From contig NEEC01000017.1 of NCBI GenBank assembly GCA_002189035.1, forward strand, positions 1,116,001 through 1,180,000: DNA of 64,000 nt. The letters are read 5' to 3'. Below the pieces are notes generated by a model. That model did not search any database. It was not told the DNA's origin and was given only the letters and a program-made list of their open reading frames with translations. The DNA comes from Utricularia gibba (taxonomy: Eukaryota > Plantae > Magnoliophyta). The position numbers and the translations under genes are program-made. Below, piece by piece: positions 61,101-64,000 of the stretch (positions within the stretch are counted from its first letter, which is position 1; each line of letters starts with the position of its first letter).

Positions 61101-64000
61101 ATGTATCCCTAAACCCTATCAACCACAATGAGCAGTTCAAATGCCTTCAGGAAGGACTTCAAAATAAAAATAAAATCAGAAATGCACTTCAAAAAATTCA
61201 ATTAATGTGCATTTCACAGAGAACATGAACCACCTAATGACTCTAATCCGCGACTTTGCAGGCTGCACAATGATAATTTCATCTTTATGACTCCAAGAAT
61301 TTTGGCTGTAGTAAGCATTGAAACCATTGAAGATGAGGAAAACACTGTGTAAACTTGTCCCCTGACATGTATAGGTTCCATTATCTGACTCTGGGAAATC
61401 ACCTCGGGGGTCTTCAACCACAAAGCCCTCTGGTTCAATATCGTAGCTCCTGAAGTCTTCATCTGATAACCCAACAGTTTCCTCAAAATTTGGAGATACC
61501 AGGAATTCAAGATTACTTATGTCAAACGATGAAAGTACACACATGTTTTGAAGGTTATTAGCCTCATCGGTGAAATGACTATTTGAAAGAGATATAACTA
61601 TATGTGGACCTGCAATTAGTGCTCCGAAATGAATATTCTTATCAGGAATCATTCTAACAATTCCCATTTGAAGTTTTCTTGGATATGTCTCTGAATCGCT
61701 ACCCAAAGAAGAATCACTTATGACAGCTCCTGGACCATACTCAATAATATTTCCCTTCCTATTCCAGTATGGCGAGCATTGCACTTGTGTGAATATGACA
61801 AAAATTGATACAAGAGAATCACACTCCAAGCTAAAGTTCAGTTTTCCAATAACCAGGCTGCCGTTGAAACAAGTAGAATGGCCAATGCCACCAACATCTG
61901 CTTCATGAATCCCCATTTCACAAAGAATCCACGGAGCATATGTAAACATTGCTGCTTCAGATTTGAGTCTATGACCATCCCAGTTGCACCATAGTTTCTC
62001 TAAAAGGTTATCTAAGCCAGAGATTGAGGTTACTATAGTATTTCTAAAAGCATGGGCAGAAGGAGCTTCACCAGAGCAAACATGTCCTGCCGACTCACTC
62101 TGGACAACTATCTGACTTTTGGTGGAGTGCTGATTCACATCTTGGGTTGAGGAACTACTTCCAATGCCTTCTCTAGAAGAAGAAGAAACAACATTCAACT
62201 GCCCAGATGCAAATTTTAGATGATATTCTAAGAAGCTTACATGGTACCACATGAAGAACTCGTCAATATAAAAATGGAATGAGGTTAAGCTTTTCTGGGA
62301 TTTTTTCCACTGAGAAAATGAGTTCCTATTGAAAGAAGACCGCACTGCATTGTCTGGAGAAACAGACAACATGATTTCTCGAACATTAAGAGAGAAACTG
62401 CGCTGTAGAAGACCATTTTCAGGAACAGAGCTAGCATCCGGCGTACTCATTGGAGAAGTAGACACACCCTTGTGTAGAAAGAACACTTTCATGCAGGAAA
62501 TAAACAAAGACTTTATCAGTCGAAAAATTAGAAAAAGGAGATGGAAAAATTTCAAGACTGGACAAGCAACCAAAGGCAAGGGAATTTTTCCATCATTCCT
62601 AGGTTCAATGGATGCAGTTCTTGCACGAATTATTCTTCGAGCCACTGCAATCGCTTCCAATGGTAAATATTTTTCAAGATCAGAAATCAAATCCCACTGA
62701 GAGCTGACATGCCTTGAATATGCTCTGTCCTGGGACATTAAAAGCACAGATTTTTTCAATGCATCTTGCGTAGGATATCCTACTCCCAGAAGTAGAGACT
62801 CATAAGTCTTTATGTACCGCAGCCACATACATGCAGTTTGAATTGTCCTAACCAAAGACTGCTTCGAACCTGGAATCAGAGAGCTAATTCTGGCTGACAC
62901 TATGCTCCAAAGCAGTTTTCCGCTTCTAGCATGTTTACGCTCCAATGAGAAGAATTCATAGAACATGAGCAAAGCTGAAAGGTCCAGTGGAGACAAGACA
63001 ACTTTTATAGAGGGAATATCAGTGCAAAAGGCTGTAAACTGAAGATAATTCAAATTAAGAAGATTGACCATACTGGCCACATTGACAACACAATCTGTTC
63101 CTTTTTCACGGTTCAATGCAATCTGAAAGCAGTCAACATCAACAAGCAATGAGCTTTTAGGAAAAGCCACAAAAAATGAACCCATGAGACCCATGATAAA
63201 GCATTCTGATTTAATCTGTGATGTGGCTCCGAACCGTTTCACGTTCAATGAGCATGAAAAAGGATCTTGGAAACGAGGAGATTTTAGGATCACCCGAACA
63301 TCATACAACTGCAAGCAACCATGCTTAATGACAGCGTTCAACAAAGATGTTCTCCACGTTTTGACGGTAATCTGCGAAATGTTCTGTATCGAATCATGCA
63401 GAATACAACCCTGAAACCATAAGGAAAAGTCTCATTTTGTCACCAAAGGAATTTTCATCTCAAAATAAAAAGGGATCATCTTACAAAAAATAAAATAAAC
63501 TATATCAAATGGAAAAAGAATGAAGAGTGAATCCGGCCTATCAAATTTCACTACACTCGCTTTTCCACCATCTCCCCTCCCACCCAATGCGAATCCCTGC
63601 CATCAACGGTTGCAAAGACTGAAAAAGAGGTACAATTACGGTACCTCAGGGTCAATCTCTCGAAGAAACTTTTTCCGTTCCTCCACCGTTTTGTCTCTCC
63701 ACTTGCACCTCCATTTCACTCCAAATTCATCCTCCTCTTCTCTTTTCCAATAATCCAAGACACCCATCAGCTAAAGCAACAGTTACACAAGAAAACTCAC
63801 AAACGGAAGAAAACAAAGCATACCCGAGTGAAAGAACGACACGCAGACCGCGAACTACGAGCGTGAAAGCGGAAGATGAGAAGGGCGAGAACTGGAGACT
63901 CAAGTGTTCAATAGTAACCTCCTTGAAGCAGAATCTGAACGGGTCGTCCAGTAATTCGTTGAGTGCGGAGGAGTTCAAAGTGACGTTCTTGAGTTCCCCG
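49115..64000 (-). CDS. VPS13: VPS13-family bridge-like lipid-transfer protein (plant At3g50380-like type), many exons, 5' end beyond the window
   Basis: N-terminal-type exon at the window end (GELKNVTLNSSALNELLD), very large exon at about 63412-61230, MAKGSPLLPPDFVSIFDDLASSSLDIFFDPS, and terminal AYVDGRLCRNIPHPLARRIVSGFLLSFLD; stop at 49115. Not every internal exon boundary was traced. Confidence 0.88.
49136..49162 (-). repeat. (GGT)9 coding microsatellite giving poly-Gly at the VPS13 C-terminus
   Basis: 27 nt of perfect ACC repeats on the + strand, translated DDD-G9-DDKTIP*. Confidence 0.9.
58167..58234. repeat. 34-bp tandem duplication in a VPS13 intron
   Basis: taggaaccaattctgctatataatcccacatata / taggaaccatttatgctatataatctcacataca (30/34 identical). 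Confidence 0.85.

Noticed and set aside
1-64000. CRISPR arrays, rRNA genes, intact tRNA genes, autonomous transposons
   Set aside because: None seen; this is plant euchromatin with only short non-autonomous elements.

Overview
Gene-dense nuclear DNA from a eudicot plant: short GT-AG introns, AT-rich intergenic DNA, and 15 protein-coding genes plus one pseudogene in 64 kb. The CYCLOIDEA-type TCP gene points to Lamiales (inference). Gene order: pseudogenised LEA copy (+), SEPALLATA-like MADS (+), RING-H2 E3 ligase (-), ABHD17-like hydrolase (+), group-S bZIP (+), intact LEA (-), proline dehydrogenase (-), TMEM33/Pom33-like (+), eIF2B-delta (-), CYC2-clade TCP (-), DUF677 (+), PQ-loop transporter (-), BEL1-like BLH2/4 (+), CAP/PR-1-like (-), COR413-PM (-), NPH3/BTB (-) and a 5'-truncated VPS13 (-). 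Several features are invisible in the ORF track. The strongest is a dicistronic box C/D snoRNA unit at 42914-43147: a dual-guide U15-type RNA plus a second 25S rRNA guide, behind a telo-box/site-II/TATA promoter. There are also two MITEs with clean target-site duplications and a candidate CYC autoregulatory site. Four frameshifts cluster in three nearby genes at 38-47 kb; three are 4-G runs where the protein needs 5, so assembly error is more likely than gene loss. A duplicated exon-intron junction in ABHD17 creates in-frame alternative last exons. I found no clear-cut wholly new biological system. rRNA target sequences, consensus motifs and Arabidopsis synteny are recalled from knowledge and need database confirmation.
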